In this document: positions 17,876-28,346 of the stretch, in pieces | How positions within the stretch are numbered: position 1 is the first letter of the stretch | Layout of the letters: every line of letters starts with the position of its first letter | Notes under the pieces: model-generated | What the model saw: the letters and a program-made list of their open reading frames with translations, nothing else | Told to the model about the DNA's origin: nothing | The model's database searches: none | IMG/VR virus record: IMGVR_UViG_3300021961_007533 | Span: 1 to 61,715 of that record | Length of the DNA stretch: 61,715 nucleotides | From: a virus | Lineage: Duplodnaviria > Caudoviricetes | Direction: 5' to 3' (one strand) | Program-made: the position numbers and the translations under genes

Positions 17876-19414
17876 TCAATTAATTCGAATATTTTGATTT
17901 AGGATTGTATTTTGTGCATTTTCTATTAGAGAACGAATCTCCGACATTTTAACACTATTATTTGGTTCTTGTATTGGGTGGATACCCGGGAATGGATGAA
18001 CATGATCGGATAAGAACTGAACAATTTTATTTAATAAGTCTAATAATTCTTCACCTCTAACAATAGAACTTGTTTTTGGTTTTACCTCCTCAATAAACTG
18101 AGTTTGCGTTATACCATAAAGTGTATCCTTTAGATTAATTTTATCAAAGTTTGGTTTTTGTGATTTGTGTGATAACAAATATAAATAATCCCCACCAACA
18201 ACACCATATGTCGTTTGTACCTGTTCGTATCTTGATTTTTTAATTTCTTGGTTTTTATCAGTAGTTTGAGCCCCAACAACACCTTTACTCCATATCACAC
18301 CAAAACCAAAGAAGTTATCGACCTCATTGAATTTTACATTGTTATATACTTCAGTAAAGACTGAAAACACATTAGGATCCGTACTATTGTTTAATTTATA
18401 TGTTGCAGGATTTGGCCCGAAAAAAAATGGAAATTGTTCTGCAATTCTACCAGGTATTGATGGATATGAAAAATCTTCATTAACCAAATTAACAACTCCA
18501 TTGTTAACACCTTGAATATATTGGTTTATTAGTTTTATAACATCGTTTGTGTTGTACCCACTAAAATTAAACTGACTATTAGGTACCACTGTTGTGTTTA
18601 AAGTACTACCAGATGGGTTTGAGATTTCAAATTTTGAAACTAATGTGGTATCGTTTTCTTTAACAGTATTTAATCTAACATATCCATTTATACTAGCGCC
18701 AGACTGAGTTGTTGTAATTGAATCAAGAGCCCACTCAACATACATTTTAACAAAGATATCAACATATTCTACAGACACAATATTCTCTGTACCATCATCT
18801 AATAGTGTGAAATCATAATTAGACAACTGAATAAATGATCTATTATCGTTTTTAGTTGGTATCTCATCATTACTTATAGTATTAAACTTACCAGCTCTAA
18901 TTAATAAATCATCATCTTTTAATACAATATCAGTACTACCCCTACCAATAATGGCATTATCTCCTGGTTCTGGATAAAGTCCTCTATATGGTTCTTCTAC
19001 TTCTCCAGTTTCTGAATTCCTAATAGATTTTGCCTTTTGTAGGTTGTCACCATTAGCCATAACACTTTGAGCGTTCCTATAACCTTCAAATGAGTTATTC
19101 CATGGCCTAGATAATGGTCCTTGAATATAAAATTTTGTACCGTCTTTTCTTTCTTGTTTTGTTGCGTATACAATATGAACGTACTCATCAATTTTTGGAA
19201 CTTGACTTATATAATATGGTATTAATGGTAAAAAAACAAATGGGTCTTTAATTGTCCATTCATCTTTTTTTGACCAATTTTCAGGATATGCTTGAATTTC
19301 GTTTTCAGTTGATGGTAATACCCTAATCCTACCAATCATAAGTGGGTCTTGGTTGTCCAATACAACACCAGGTATAATAATCCTCTGATCCTGAAGATCC
19401 ATATTATTTGCCAT
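17876..19414 (-). CDS. Baseplate hub / central spike protein (gp5/VgrG OB-fold-like)
   Basis: N-terminal GVVLDNQDPLMIGRIRV...PKIDEYV OB-fold pattern; PGDNAIIGRG; C-terminal HVHP metal-tip motif. Confidence 0.7.
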   Translation of the reverse strand: MANNMDLQDQRIIIPGVVLDNQDPLMIGRIRVLPSTENEIQAYPENWSKKDEWTIKDPFVFLPLIPYYISQVPKIDEYVHIVYATKQERKDGTKFYIQGPLSRPWNNSFEGYRNAQSVMANGDNLQKAKSIRNSETGEVEEPYRGLYPEPGDNAIIGRGSTDIVLKDDDLLIRAGKFNTISNDEIPTKNDNRSFIQLSNYDFTLLDDGTENIVSVEYVDIFVKMYVEWALDSITTTQSGASINGYVRLNTVKENDTTLVSKFEISNPSGSTLNTTVVPNSQFNFSGYNTNDVIKLINQYIQGVNNGVVNLVNEDFSYPSIPGRIAEQFPFFFGPNPATYKLNNSTDPNVFSVFTEVYNNVKFNEVDNFFGFGVIWSKGVVGAQTTDKNQEIKKSRYEQVQTTYGVVGGDYLYLLSHKSQKPNFDKINLKDTLYGITQTQFIEEVKPKTSSIVRGEELLDLLNKIVQFLSDHVHPFPGIHPIQEPNNSVKMSEIRSLIENAQNTILNQNIRIN

Positions 19415-19634
19415 TCCTAGAATTATGTTCTTTTAATAGTTTATTGTAGGTTAACTCTAGTCTATCTAGATGTTTTGTCATTTTAATCAAATGTTCTTTT
19501 GTGTTGTAAAAATCTAGTTTAACAAAACCAAGAGCCTTTTCCAAATCTTTATTAGACGAGTTCTTATAATCGGCAATAATTTTTAAAACATCATTAGCCA
19601 TAACCTTTTCATTTTCATTATAGTTTTTTTCCAT
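19404..19634 (-). CDS. Small coiled-coil hypothetical protein
   Basis: ORF overlapping both neighbours in the operon. Confidence 0.55.
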   Translation of the reverse strand: MEKNYNENEKVMANDVLKIIADYKNSSNKDLEKALGFVKLDFYNTKEHLIKMTKHLDRLELTYNKLLKEHNSRNGK

Positions 19635-21573
19635 ATACTACTTTAGGTATTGTTTGTCCAATTGGTGTTGTGGATAAAAAGTCAACAGCAACTTGCACTT
19701 GACCATTTTCACTTTCTTCTTTATCCATACCATCAATCAAAGCTTTTATTGATGCAAGCATTAGGTTAGGACTCCCATCTGGCATTGGGCCTGTTGGTAG
19801 TCCAAGTTTCTCAAACTCCCCAATAACATTAATATATGCTCTACTTGCTGAAAATCCAGTTAAAAATCTAGAAGCTAGTAATAATGGTAATGGGATTTGA
19901 TCGTTAAATCCTTTTGATGCTATCTTTAGTAATTTTTGTAATTCATCTATCACACTTCTACAACTTCTAATATCTGAAATTAAACTAGCAATAGTTACTA
20001 AAACCTCGGCTAAGGTTAAAATTATTGCCATCTTTTTATTCTTTTTTTCCTTAGCAATATCCTGTGTAACATCCTGGATTAATTTTTTAATGTCCTTTAC
20101 CACCGAATCAAAAATAAGCTTAGCATATATACCACCAATTTTAGATGAAACGTTAATGAAAAAACTTCTAAAGTTTTTTATAAAGTCCATATAGTTGGTT
20201 ATATAATTCATACTATTATTACCTGTTGATTTCAAGGCAATCGATAGTGGCAATAATGTTTTAGGTGATAGAGCAGCCATAGTTACTGCCTTTGGGAATT
20301 CTTTTATAAATTCAGTATCGATATTAATTTTAAGGGGTAACCAATCTGGGTTTTGTGTTAACGTATTGGCAAGATTTGCCGCGTTTTCAATCTGATTAGA
20401 ATTATTTGTTCCAGGAACAAAAGACAAATTGTTTATTGCGTTTACAATTGCCAATGAATTTATTGGTAGTTTAACATTATCACACTCTAAAAACTCAGCA
20501 ACACCATTTAAAATATTAGATACTTGTCCATCAATAAAAGTAAGGTCAAGTTCGTCAAATTCAAAAAAAGCATCATCAACATTATCTAACTCTGATGTTT
20601 TAGCAGTACCAGACACATCAATTTCTTTTGTACTATCAAAACACAATCCAAGAATTCTTTGTAAAATTAAAAATACTTTTTGTAGACCTTCAAGATCACC
20701 CTTTCCGTCTCCCTTTTCTATTGATATCGCACCAGTTAGGATATTCATTAGATTTGCAAAAATGTTTTTAAAGTCAATAATATCTATTGTTTTATAATAA
20801 TCTTTTACAAAATCTTTTATTTTATTTCCAGTAATTCTATTGGCTGGTGTTACTTTAAAAAAGAAACCAGGGTTCCCAAGATCATCCTGCTCAACATAAG
20901 TAATGTCAAATAAGTCTTGTTGAGATGCACCAATATACTGTGAAGAATATTGTGTAGAAAATGGTTGTGATATATTTTGTATACGATTATATAATTCCCG
21001 ATTCATAGAGAATGGTTTTGCAGGAAATGGTGTTTGACTTTCTTCATAACTAATAGCACCAACCTTACTTGATGGGTCTATTTTTAATTGTCCTAATAAG
21101 TCAATTGATTGTACTTTAATATAAAAGTCTTGACCTGCGATAAACTCTTGCTCTTCGGAACATCCCGCAGCAGTTAAAATCTCGGTTCCTAATAATTCTA
21201 CTAGTTTTGGTTTTAAATCAATTAAAGCATTTATGAATTTGTTAACTATATATACTTTAACACTACTACCTTTATTATATTTACGTAAATTTTCTGGTTT
21301 AAAACTATCTAGAGCCTTTTCGAACTGATCCTCAGCAGAGATAAATTTAGTATCTAGTAGTTTATCTAATTGTGTTTCACTACTTTTTAAAGCTCTATTT
21401 GTTTTTTTCTTATAACTATTATATGTTCTAGTAACCTTACTCTTTTTATCTTCAAAGGTTTTACCAGCTTTTTTCTTTAATCTTTTGTAATCGGCGGTTA
21501 ACTTTTTATACTTTTTAGTCTTACTAATAGAATCATCAATATCAGTATACCCCTGTTCTATATCGAGAGCCAT
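19618..21573 (-). CDS. Hypothetical protein, probably structural (651 aa)
   Basis: Long ORF in the late operon with the gp5-like gene. Confidence 0.6.
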   Translation of the reverse strand: MALDIEQGYTDIDDSISKTKKYKKLTADYKRLKKKAGKTFEDKKSKVTRTYNSYKKKTNRALKSSETQLDKLLDTKFISAEDQFEKALDSFKPENLRKYNKGSSVKVYIVNKFINALIDLKPKLVELLGTEILTAAGCSEEQEFIAGQDFYIKVQSIDLLGQLKIDPSSKVGAISYEESQTPFPAKPFSMNRELYNRIQNISQPFSTQYSSQYIGASQQDLFDITYVEQDDLGNPGFFFKVTPANRITGNKIKDFVKDYYKTIDIIDFKNIFANLMNILTGAISIEKGDGKGDLEGLQKVFLILQRILGLCFDSTKEIDVSGTAKTSELDNVDDAFFEFDELDLTFIDGQVSNILNGVAEFLECDNVKLPINSLAIVNAINNLSFVPGTNNSNQIENAANLANTLTQNPDWLPLKINIDTEFIKEFPKAVTMAALSPKTLLPLSIALKSTGNNSMNYITNYMDFIKNFRSFFINVSSKIGGIYAKLIFDSVVKDIKKLIQDVTQDIAKEKKNKKMAIILTLAEVLVTIASLISDIRSCRSVIDELQKLLKIASKGFNDQIPLPLLLASRFLTGFSASRAYINVIGEFEKLGLPTGPMPDGSPNLMLASIKALIDGMDKEESENGQVQVAVDFLSTTPIGQTIPKVVYGKKL

Positions 21574-21944
21574 TACTTATCAAGTTTATAATTTTTATCA
21601 GTAGAAATGTCTTTATCAATTAGATTTTTAAATAAATCACCATCTAAATCTAAATCAGAAAGAGTTAAATCATCTTGTTTTTCCTGTGATTTTTGCCAAA
21701 TTTGTGCCTGCAGTTTAGACAATGAAAGTTTCTTTTCGACACAATCATTTACAATTTTTTGTTGCTTTTCTATGATTGGACCAATTAAAGTCATGTCTTC
21801 AGGTTCCTTCATCATAGTTAACATTTTATTTTGAATCCTTATTGCAGTATTTCTCTGTTCCACTAACTCATTATAAATTTCTTGCATTAGAGATAGTAGT
21901 GAATCTTTAGTTAAATTAATCTTTTTTTTTGTTGGTCTTGGCAT
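21573..21944 (-). CDS. Hypothetical coiled-coil protein (123 aa)
   Basis: Late motif at 21951-21958 (-). Confidence 0.65.
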   Translation of the reverse strand: MPRPTKKKINLTKDSLLSLMQEIYNELVEQRNTAIRIQNKMLTMMKEPEDMTLIGPIIEKQQKIVNDCVEKKLSLSKLQAQIWQKSQEKQDDLTLSDLDLDGDLFKNLIDKDISTDKNYKLDK

Positions 21945-21958
21945 ATTAATTATAAATA

Positions 21959-22705
21959 TTACTTATTTAAAATATCTTGAACTATTTCGACATAAATTTT
22001 TTTAAACTTTTTCATTGAATTTCTTATCTCTTTAGTTGATAGATTCGTCATCTCCCGCAATTCAAATAAGATTACATTCTTGTTAAACTTATTGTTTGTT
22101 GAGTCTGGAAATCTAGTTGAATAGTTTTCGAGTAAGTCTTGGATTGCTTGCCCCAATCTATTTTCCTCAATAGAAATCCGGTCATTATCAATAATACTAC
22201 CTAATTTTATTAAAAATTTTTCAATGATTTCCTCAGTTGTAACATCCTCATTGTCCAAATAGTATATCATATCTGGGGTGTGTTCTAAGTTTGTAGAAAT
22301 GTCCTCATATGATATTTTTCTATTTGTTTCTTTTTGATCTTTCATTATCTGTCCCATCAAATAATTTTTACAAATAGTACCAAAATAAGAATAGGCCTTT
22401 TTACCTTTTGCTGGCCTAAACTTATCTATTTTTGTCATTAAAAATGAGTGCGTGTCGACATGAATTTCTTCAAAATTCATATCCTTCCTATATAATTTAT
22501 ATCTTCTAATTATAGATGATATCATCTTATCTAAAGGGTCTCGTAAGTGCGCATTATAGATTTTATTTTTTTCATCAAATGTCGTAGCGGTTAAATAATC
22601 AACTACGGCTTGCTCCTCTGTTTCTGCAAAATAATTCTTACTTTTTCTCCCCTTCTTCTTCTTTACCTCACTTGTGTTATCTATTTTTTCATTTTCCTTG
22701 AGCAT
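21959..22705 (-). CDS. Phage RNA polymerase sigma factor for late transcription (T4 gp55-like)
   Basis: N-terminal KNYF, region-2-like IDKFRPAKGKKAYSYFGTICKN. Confidence 0.7.
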   Translation of the reverse strand: MLKENEKIDNTSEVKKKKGRKSKNYFAETEEQAVVDYLTATTFDEKNKIYNAHLRDPLDKMISSIIRRYKLYRKDMNFEEIHVDTHSFLMTKIDKFRPAKGKKAYSYFGTICKNYLMGQIMKDQKETNRKISYEDISTNLEHTPDMIYYLDNEDVTTEEIIEKFLIKLGSIIDNDRISIEENRLGQAIQDLLENYSTRFPDSTNNKFNKNVILFELREMTNLSTKEIRNSMKKFKKIYVEIVQDILNK

Positions 22706-23511
22706 TAAACTACTTGTGGTTCATAATTTATTTCTCGATCTATAATATATAAGTGCTCATTTTTTGCTGACTCAATCCAAAATCTAACCTCATCATCAAC
22801 TAGTTTTTCATCACCATTTTTATAGTTCCAGAATATTGAACCCTCCCTTAAATTCATATGTTTGTAACCAATTTTTGGTATTGTCATAAATCTTACGTTA
22901 TTTTTTGTCATTCTTAGTAAGAACTCATACCCAAAAGTTAGTTTAAATGATGGTTTTAACATCCCATTTTTAACAAAAGAATCTTTTTTAATAACAAGAC
23001 CTGAAATTTGGAAATTTTGATATGACATTAAAATTTCATTATCTAAAATTCCCATCTCACTTGTAAAGTTTGCGGCAAAAGTTGCCTCATTTGTAAACCC
23101 AACAAAAACACCCTTATTATCAACATCAACAACTATTGGCATAAATGCGTCTGTTTCTGGGTAATAATTAATATAGGATTTAACATTTTTAAACCAAATA
23201 TTTGAGTATTCGTCATCAAATTCTAGAATTGAAACCCAATTAGATGATGAGTTCTCAACACCATAGTTAACTTGACTCGCAAAGTTTGGTTTTCCAGTGT
23301 ATTCTTTAATCACTACATTTAAACCATTAAAGTCATACTCATCTAAAAAGTTTTTTAGTGTATCCTCACTTGTAGGTACAATAACTAGTTCGTTAATTAA
23401 TTCTTTTTGAGACTCAAGTGACTTTACCGCCTTATCAAAAAAATCTGCAAAGTCAGTAGGTCTTGCTGACTTTATTGGTAAAATAACCGATATTGTATTT
23501 TTATTTTCCAT
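22705..23511 (-). CDS. Glycosyltransferase, GT-A fold (GT2-like)
   Basis: ISVILP start, NYGVE, LEFDD (DxD equivalent), YEFLLR. Confidence 0.75.
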   Translation of the reverse strand: MENKNTISVILPIKSARPTDFADFFDKAVKSLESQKELINELVIVPTSEDTLKNFLDEYDFNGLNVVIKEYTGKPNFASQVNYGVENSSSNWVSILEFDDEYSNIWFKNVKSYINYYPETDAFMPIVVDVDNKGVFVGFTNEATFAANFTSEMGILDNEILMSYQNFQISGLVIKKDSFVKNGMLKPSFKLTFGYEFLLRMTKNNVRFMTIPKIGYKHMNLREGSIFWNYKNGDEKLVDDEVRFWIESAKNEHLYIIDREINYEPQVV

Positions 23512-23512
23512 A

Positions 23513-24574
23513 TTATTCTATTGTTTCAAATTTATTTAGTTGTTCTTCAAATGACTCTATTCTTTTACTAATCATATCTGAAAATGTTGTTATTACATCC
23601 ATCTTAAATTTCTCCATACTAGAATATGTATTCGCTGTGGATTCCATATCAGTATATAAATCTGGGCTAATATTATCTTCTAACCAATTTTGGATGAAAT
23701 CAGCAACAACATCAGCCATTGTATTTTTATTTGCAATCCAAATACCATTATTTTCACTTAACCATTCTGGTTGTAGATGCGGTAATACACCAATAACCGG
23801 AACTCCCATCTTCATTGACTCTAATGGGAAAGTACCAAATCCACTAGTTGGGTCAATCCAAACTGATAGGAAACTATCTTTCATCGCATTAGCGAATTCT
23901 TGTTCGCTTAATCCTCTCATATCTCTAAATGTAATCCATCTATATTGTGGAAACTTAACATAGAATTTTTTAATTAAATTTGTTGTATCTCGTTGATCTC
24001 TAGTATGAATTGAAATAACTGTCTTTGGTGGTAATTCTGGTTTAGTAAAACATTCACTAATTACTGGATTTATGACACTAAATGATGTTCTCCTCATAAT
24101 TTTACTAATGTAGTCCTCTTGTGATTTAGATGTTGTTAAACATTTAAGAAAACTTAGTTGATCCCAAGATTGCCCAGGTTGTAAAGTCTCAAACATATGG
24201 TCATAAGCCTGTGCTAGAACAATCTTACCACAAGGTAAATTTTTAACTTGTTCCATAATGTAACCAAATATTTCTGGGATAATTAACAAGTCGTCTGGGG
24301 AAATTTCAAGGTTACCATCATCAATTGCTTTATGCGGTAATTCTGTCATATACTCTTCACCTAACCAATCCTTAACTCCAAAATAATCTTTTGTTTCGTG
24401 TAAAATAATTGGATTATAACCATCTTCTTTTAAGATCATTGCCATTTGGTAAATAAACCTTAGAGACGCTCTAGCGTTTCCTTTAGTATCTTGTACCATA
24501 AAATACAACCTAGATTTTTTATCGCGCATATTCTGAATCGAGCGTTCTAATTTTTTTAATTGTTCTGCGTCCAT
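23513..24574 (-). CDS. Glycosyltransferase, GT-B fold (GT4-like)
   Basis: IIPE motif; GFGTFPLESMKMGVPVIG donor-binding motif. Confidence 0.75.
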   Translation of the reverse strand: MDAEQLKKLERSIQNMRDKKSRLYFMVQDTKGNARASLRFIYQMAMILKEDGYNPIILHETKDYFGVKDWLGEEYMTELPHKAIDDGNLEISPDDLLIIPEIFGYIMEQVKNLPCGKIVLAQAYDHMFETLQPGQSWDQLSFLKCLTTSKSQEDYISKIMRRTSFSVINPVISECFTKPELPPKTVISIHTRDQRDTTNLIKKFYVKFPQYRWITFRDMRGLSEQEFANAMKDSFLSVWIDPTSGFGTFPLESMKMGVPVIGVLPHLQPEWLSENNGIWIANKNTMADVVADFIQNWLEDNISPDLYTDMESTANTYSSMEKFKMDVITTFSDMISKRIESFEEQLNKFETIE

Positions 24575-24580
24575 AATTTT

Positions 24581-24835
24581 CTATATTTTTTTTATTATTT
24601 TTTTTAATAATAGTGAATTAAATGCAAATTTAAATGGTAAAGTTAGTTCACTACCTTTTAAACCTAAATTTTCATCCACTTCATTTGCTTCTGTTAAGAT
24701 AGTATCTAACATATTTTTTACTAATTCGTATTTAACGACATTAATCTGTGTTTCACCTGATGTACCAGTCATATTTACATAAACTTCGATTTCATCAAAA
24801 TCGATATAATACATTTCATTAAATAATTTAAACAT
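24581..24835 (-). CDS. Hypothetical protein (84 aa)
   Basis: ORF in operon. Confidence 0.65.
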   Translation of the reverse strand: MFKLFNEMYYIDFDEIEVYVNMTGTSGETQINVVKYELVKNMLDTILTEANEVDENLGLKGSELTLPFKFAFNSLLLKKIIKKI

Positions 24836-25499
24836 TTACATTCATATTTTTTATTACATCATCTAGTTCATTTAATGTATCAATATTAAAATTAGATGAT
24901 ATGGTTTTATTGTATTTTGTGTTATACTTTATAACAACTTTATTATCTGGTATATCTAATAATAGATCTGGATTTGCCGTAAGTAAAACATCAAGGGATT
25001 CCCACATATTATTTTTAGTTATTTCACTATAAAAGAATACTGATTCTATTAGACAACCAAATTTAGATAGGAAGAACAATGATGCTGGTTTTGATTTTCC
25101 CATCTCATTTGAAATAATCTTAATATCCATATTATCTCTATTATTGTAGTAAAAATCATTAAGGACATTAAACGAATTAAGTTCCGTTGATGGGGCATGT
25201 CCAAAAAGCTCCATAGTATATTCTTCATACATAAATGAAAATAAATCTTCTTGACTTGGAAATGCAAAGTGATTCATTAGATTGTTTGTGTCAACATCAC
25301 TTAAAATTTTATACTCAAAACTCTGTTCTGTTATGGTTTTTGTAAGTCCACTAATTTCATTTGTTTCACCAGAAAATGATAAATCATACGTTTGTATTTC
25401 ATCATCACCCTTATCAATTAAATGTTTTTCGTATATCTGTTCGAACTTAAGATATGTATCCCTTAAGACACCATTAAGATCAATCCCTATTCTCATCAT
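24828..25499 (-). CDS. HAD-superfamily 5'-nucleotidase-like protein
   Basis: RIGIDLNGVLRD motif I (DxN in place of DxD). Confidence 0.6.
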   Translation of the reverse strand: MMRIGIDLNGVLRDTYLKFEQIYEKHLIDKGDDEIQTYDLSFSGETNEISGLTKTITEQSFEYKILSDVDTNNLMNHFAFPSQEDLFSFMYEEYTMELFGHAPSTELNSFNVLNDFYYNNRDNMDIKIISNEMGKSKPASLFFLSKFGCLIESVFFYSEITKNNMWESLDVLLTANPDLLLDIPDNKVVIKYNTKYNKTISSNFNIDTLNELDDVIKNMNVNV

Positions 25500-26196
25500 A
25501 CTTCTCTAATATTTTACTAATTAATGGGTTACGAACAACATCTTTACCATTAAATTCAAAAACACCAACTCTAGCAACGTCTTTAAATTTTTGTAGTGCG
25601 TCATAAAGACCTGAATGTTTTTTATCCTTATACCGGTCAGTCTGTTCGATATCACCAGATATAAAGAATTTACTATTAAACCCAATTCTTGTCAATAGTA
25701 ATTTCATCTGATTTGGACTTGCGTTTTGAGCCTCCTCAAAAATTAGAATTGAATTATCAATATTCATTCCTCTCATATAAGCAAGAGCAAAGACCTCAAT
25801 AACCTCAATTTCTTTTAGTTTTTCTCTAGCCTCTTTACCAATAATCTTATTTAGTAGATAATATGACGGGAAAATGTATGGATCTAATTTTTCTTCTAAT
25901 CCACCTGGTAGAGAACCTAATTTTTCTTCCGCCTCAACCGCAGGTCTAACGATTATAATTTTCTCATATGAATTATTTTGGTCCACTAACAAATCAATTG
26001 CTGCTTTCATTGCGATATACGATTTACCAACACCAGCTGGGCCCGAACATATTGTTATCTCATTGGTTTTTAATGTATCGTAATATTCTTCTTGATTTGA
26101 TGTTAAAAACTTGTTCCTTTGTTTCTTTTTAATTATTAAATTAATTAGGTCTTTTTTTGATGATGTACCATCATTTTGATTTTTCTTTGTTGTCAT
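25480..26196 (-). CDS. phoH: PhoH-family ATPase
   Basis: GPAGVGKS, RPAVEAEEKLGSLPG, YMRG, EAQN, GDxxQxD, DVVRNPLI. Confidence 0.93.
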   Translation of the reverse strand: MTTKKNQNDGTSSKKDLINLIIKKKQRNKFLTSNQEEYYDTLKTNEITICSGPAGVGKSYIAMKAAIDLLVDQNNSYEKIIIVRPAVEAEEKLGSLPGGLEEKLDPYIFPSYYLLNKIIGKEAREKLKEIEVIEVFALAYMRGMNIDNSILIFEEAQNASPNQMKLLLTRIGFNSKFFISGDIEQTDRYKDKKHSGLYDALQKFKDVARVGVFEFNGKDVVRNPLISKILEKYDENRD

Positions 26197-26202
26197 ATAT
26201 TT

Positions 26203-27174
26203 TTATTTATTATAATAATTTAACCAGTAGGAAATCATCTCATCTAACATAGACTCAAATGTGTACTCAGGTTCCCATAATAATTCTTTCCTTAATTTTG
26301 TAGAGTCCCCTTTAAGGTTTTCTAATTCCTCTGGTCTCATATGTTTTTCATCTATCTTAATATAATCTAAATAGTTTAAATCTAATTCGTCAAAAACGTA
26401 CTTACATAAATCCATAACAGAATGTGAAATACCTGTGGCGCATACATAATCATCTGGTTTATCTGTTTGTAACATCATCCACATTGCCCTCACATAGTCT
26501 TTGGCATGTCCCCAGTCTCTTGTTGCAGATAAATTACCTATTGATAGTTTTTCTTGTAAACCTAATTTAATTCTTACCGCTGCTTTAACCACCTTATTAG
26601 TTACAAAGTTTGTTCCTCTTCTTGGTGATTCATGGTTAAAAAGAATCCCATTCCATATTTTCATACCATAAGAATTTCTATAATTTCTTGTTATATTGTA
26701 TGAAAATACTTTAGCGCACCCATATGGTGAAACAGGGTTCATAGGAGTTGTTTCTCTTTGATAACCATCACTATCAATGTTATTACCAAACATTTCTGAT
26801 GAAGAAGCCTGGTATACCTTAGATTTAGGTGATACCATTCTAATCGCTTCTAACAAATTAAGTACACCTAATCCAGTTGCGTTTGCGGTATATATTGGCT
26901 GATCAAAACTAACCTTAACGTGTGATTGTGCCGCCAAGTTATATATTTCATTAGGTTGTATTTTTTGTAATACACTAACTAGTGAAGCCATATCAGTTAA
27001 ATCGGCATATTCTAAATTAATTTTATCAAAAATATGATCTATTCTAACTGATTGTGTTTCTGATACAGAATTTCTTTTTACAATACCCCACACTTCATAA
27101 CCTTTATCTAAAAGAAATTCAGCTAAGTATGAACCGTCTTGTCCATTTATACCTGTTATTAAAGCTTTTTTCAT
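26203..27174 (-). CDS. gmd: GDP-mannose 4,6-dehydratase
   Basis: ALITGINGQDGSYLAE, YNLAAQSHVKVSF, QASSSE, SPYGCAK, LFNHESPRRG, RDWGHAKDYV. Confidence 0.96.
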   Translation of the reverse strand: MKKALITGINGQDGSYLAEFLLDKGYEVWGIVKRNSVSETQSVRIDHIFDKINLEYADLTDMASLVSVLQKIQPNEIYNLAAQSHVKVSFDQPIYTANATGLGVLNLLEAIRMVSPKSKVYQASSSEMFGNNIDSDGYQRETTPMNPVSPYGCAKVFSYNITRNYRNSYGMKIWNGILFNHESPRRGTNFVTNKVVKAAVRIKLGLQEKLSIGNLSATRDWGHAKDYVRAMWMMLQTDKPDDYVCATGISHSVMDLCKYVFDELDLNYLDYIKIDEKHMRPEELENLKGDSTKLRKELLWEPEYTFESMLDEMISYWLNYYNK

Positions 27175-28346
27175 GTTTGGTACGCAAAGTTTAAAATTCT
27201 TGTTATTGTGTTAATGTCGGTTTCAGATAAGTCTTGGTGGTTTGGTACGTAGAAACCGTATTTATCTATTAGTTCACAGTTGGGTAAATCTTTTTGATCT
27301 TTATCCCACATAGGTTTATTTGCCATATTACCAGCGATTAAAGGTCTAACTTCAATATTAGATTCCTGTAGGGCTTTAACTAAGTAATTTCTTTCATTAT
27401 GGATTACTGGTATGGCAAAACTAGAAACGTAGTCACCCTCACGTTCAACCAACCGTAACTTACTGGTTAACATTAAATCTTTATATTTAAAGAAATTATT
27501 TCTTCTCTTTTCACTATACTCATCCAACCTATCAATAGCCTTAAGACCAATAAAAGCTTGTAGGTCTGTAGAACGTAGATTCATACCAGGTACATAGAAA
27601 TTATATAAGGCTTCAAAATCCGAACACCCATACTCTTCTCTAAGTTCCTTTTGTTTCCACTCAGGTAAATCCCTATCCCAACCATGACTTCTCATCATCA
27701 ACAACAAGTGATAGAAATCCTCATCATCTGTGTTAATGAAACCACCCTCAATAGTGGATAAGTGGTGCCCGAAATACATTGAAAAGAATGAAGCAAACCC
27801 AAAACTACCTAGATACTTACCTTGGTATTTAGACCCCATACTCTCACACACATCTTCTAATAACAATACACCATATTCTTCACATAAACGAAGAACTTCA
27901 TCCATTTGTGGTACTAAGCCTAGTGGAGAAACCAAAATCATAACTGACGGATTATGTTCCACAAATAATGATTCTAGATGGTTTAAATCACAAGAAAGAT
28001 CAGTTAAATTACAATCACACATAACTGTGTCGTAACCTAACAACATAGGTGAGCTAACATCCGTAGCCCAACTTAAAGCTGGTACCACGATTTTGTTGTT
28101 TTTTAATTTTCCTAATTGTTTTAATGCTGCTAATGTTAATAAGATTGACGATGAACCAGAATTCACAAACACCGAATACTTGGTACCAATCTTTTTAGCC
28201 CATTTTTTTTCCAATTCCCAAGTTAATTCACCCTTAGTGAGTCTTGGGATTTCATCTTGGGATAACCATTCAACTAAACTATTGATGTCATCTCTATTGA
28301 TTGTATCACTTACTAATTTTATCATATACTTTTTTAATTCCTTCAC
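27171..28346 (-). CDS. colD: GDP-4-keto-6-deoxy-D-mannose 3-dehydratase (ColD-like, PLP-dependent DegT family); true start probably 28325
   Basis: LLEDVCESMG, FSMYFGHHLSTIEGG with His where DegT aminotransferases have the Schiff-base Lys, RSHGWxRxL, PGxNLR; about 385-390 aa; lies between gmd and an fcl-like gene. Confidence 0.8.
   Translation of the reverse strand: MKELKKYMIKLVSDTINRDDINSLVEWLSQDEIPRLTKGELTWELEKKWAKKIGTKYSVFVNSGSSSILLTLAALKQLGKLKNNKIVVPALSWATDVSSPMLLGYDTVMCDCNLTDLSCDLNHLESLFVEHNPSVMILVSPLGLVPQMDEVLRLCEEYGVLLLEDVCESMGSKYQGKYLGSFGFASFFSMYFGHHLSTIEGGFINTDDEDFYHLLLMMRSHGWDRDLPEWKQKELREEYGCSDFEALYNFYVPGMNLRSTDLQAFIGLKAIDRLDEYSEKRRNNFFKYKDLMLTSKLRLVEREGDYVSSFAIPVIHNERNYLVKALQESNIEVRPLIAGNMANKPMWDKDQKDLPNCELIDKYGFYVPNHQDLSETDINTITRILNFAYQT

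Noticed and set aside
27171-28346. Perosamine synthase / ordinary DegT aminotransferase
   Set aside because: The catalytic Lys position is His (GHH), which points to a ColD-type dehydratase
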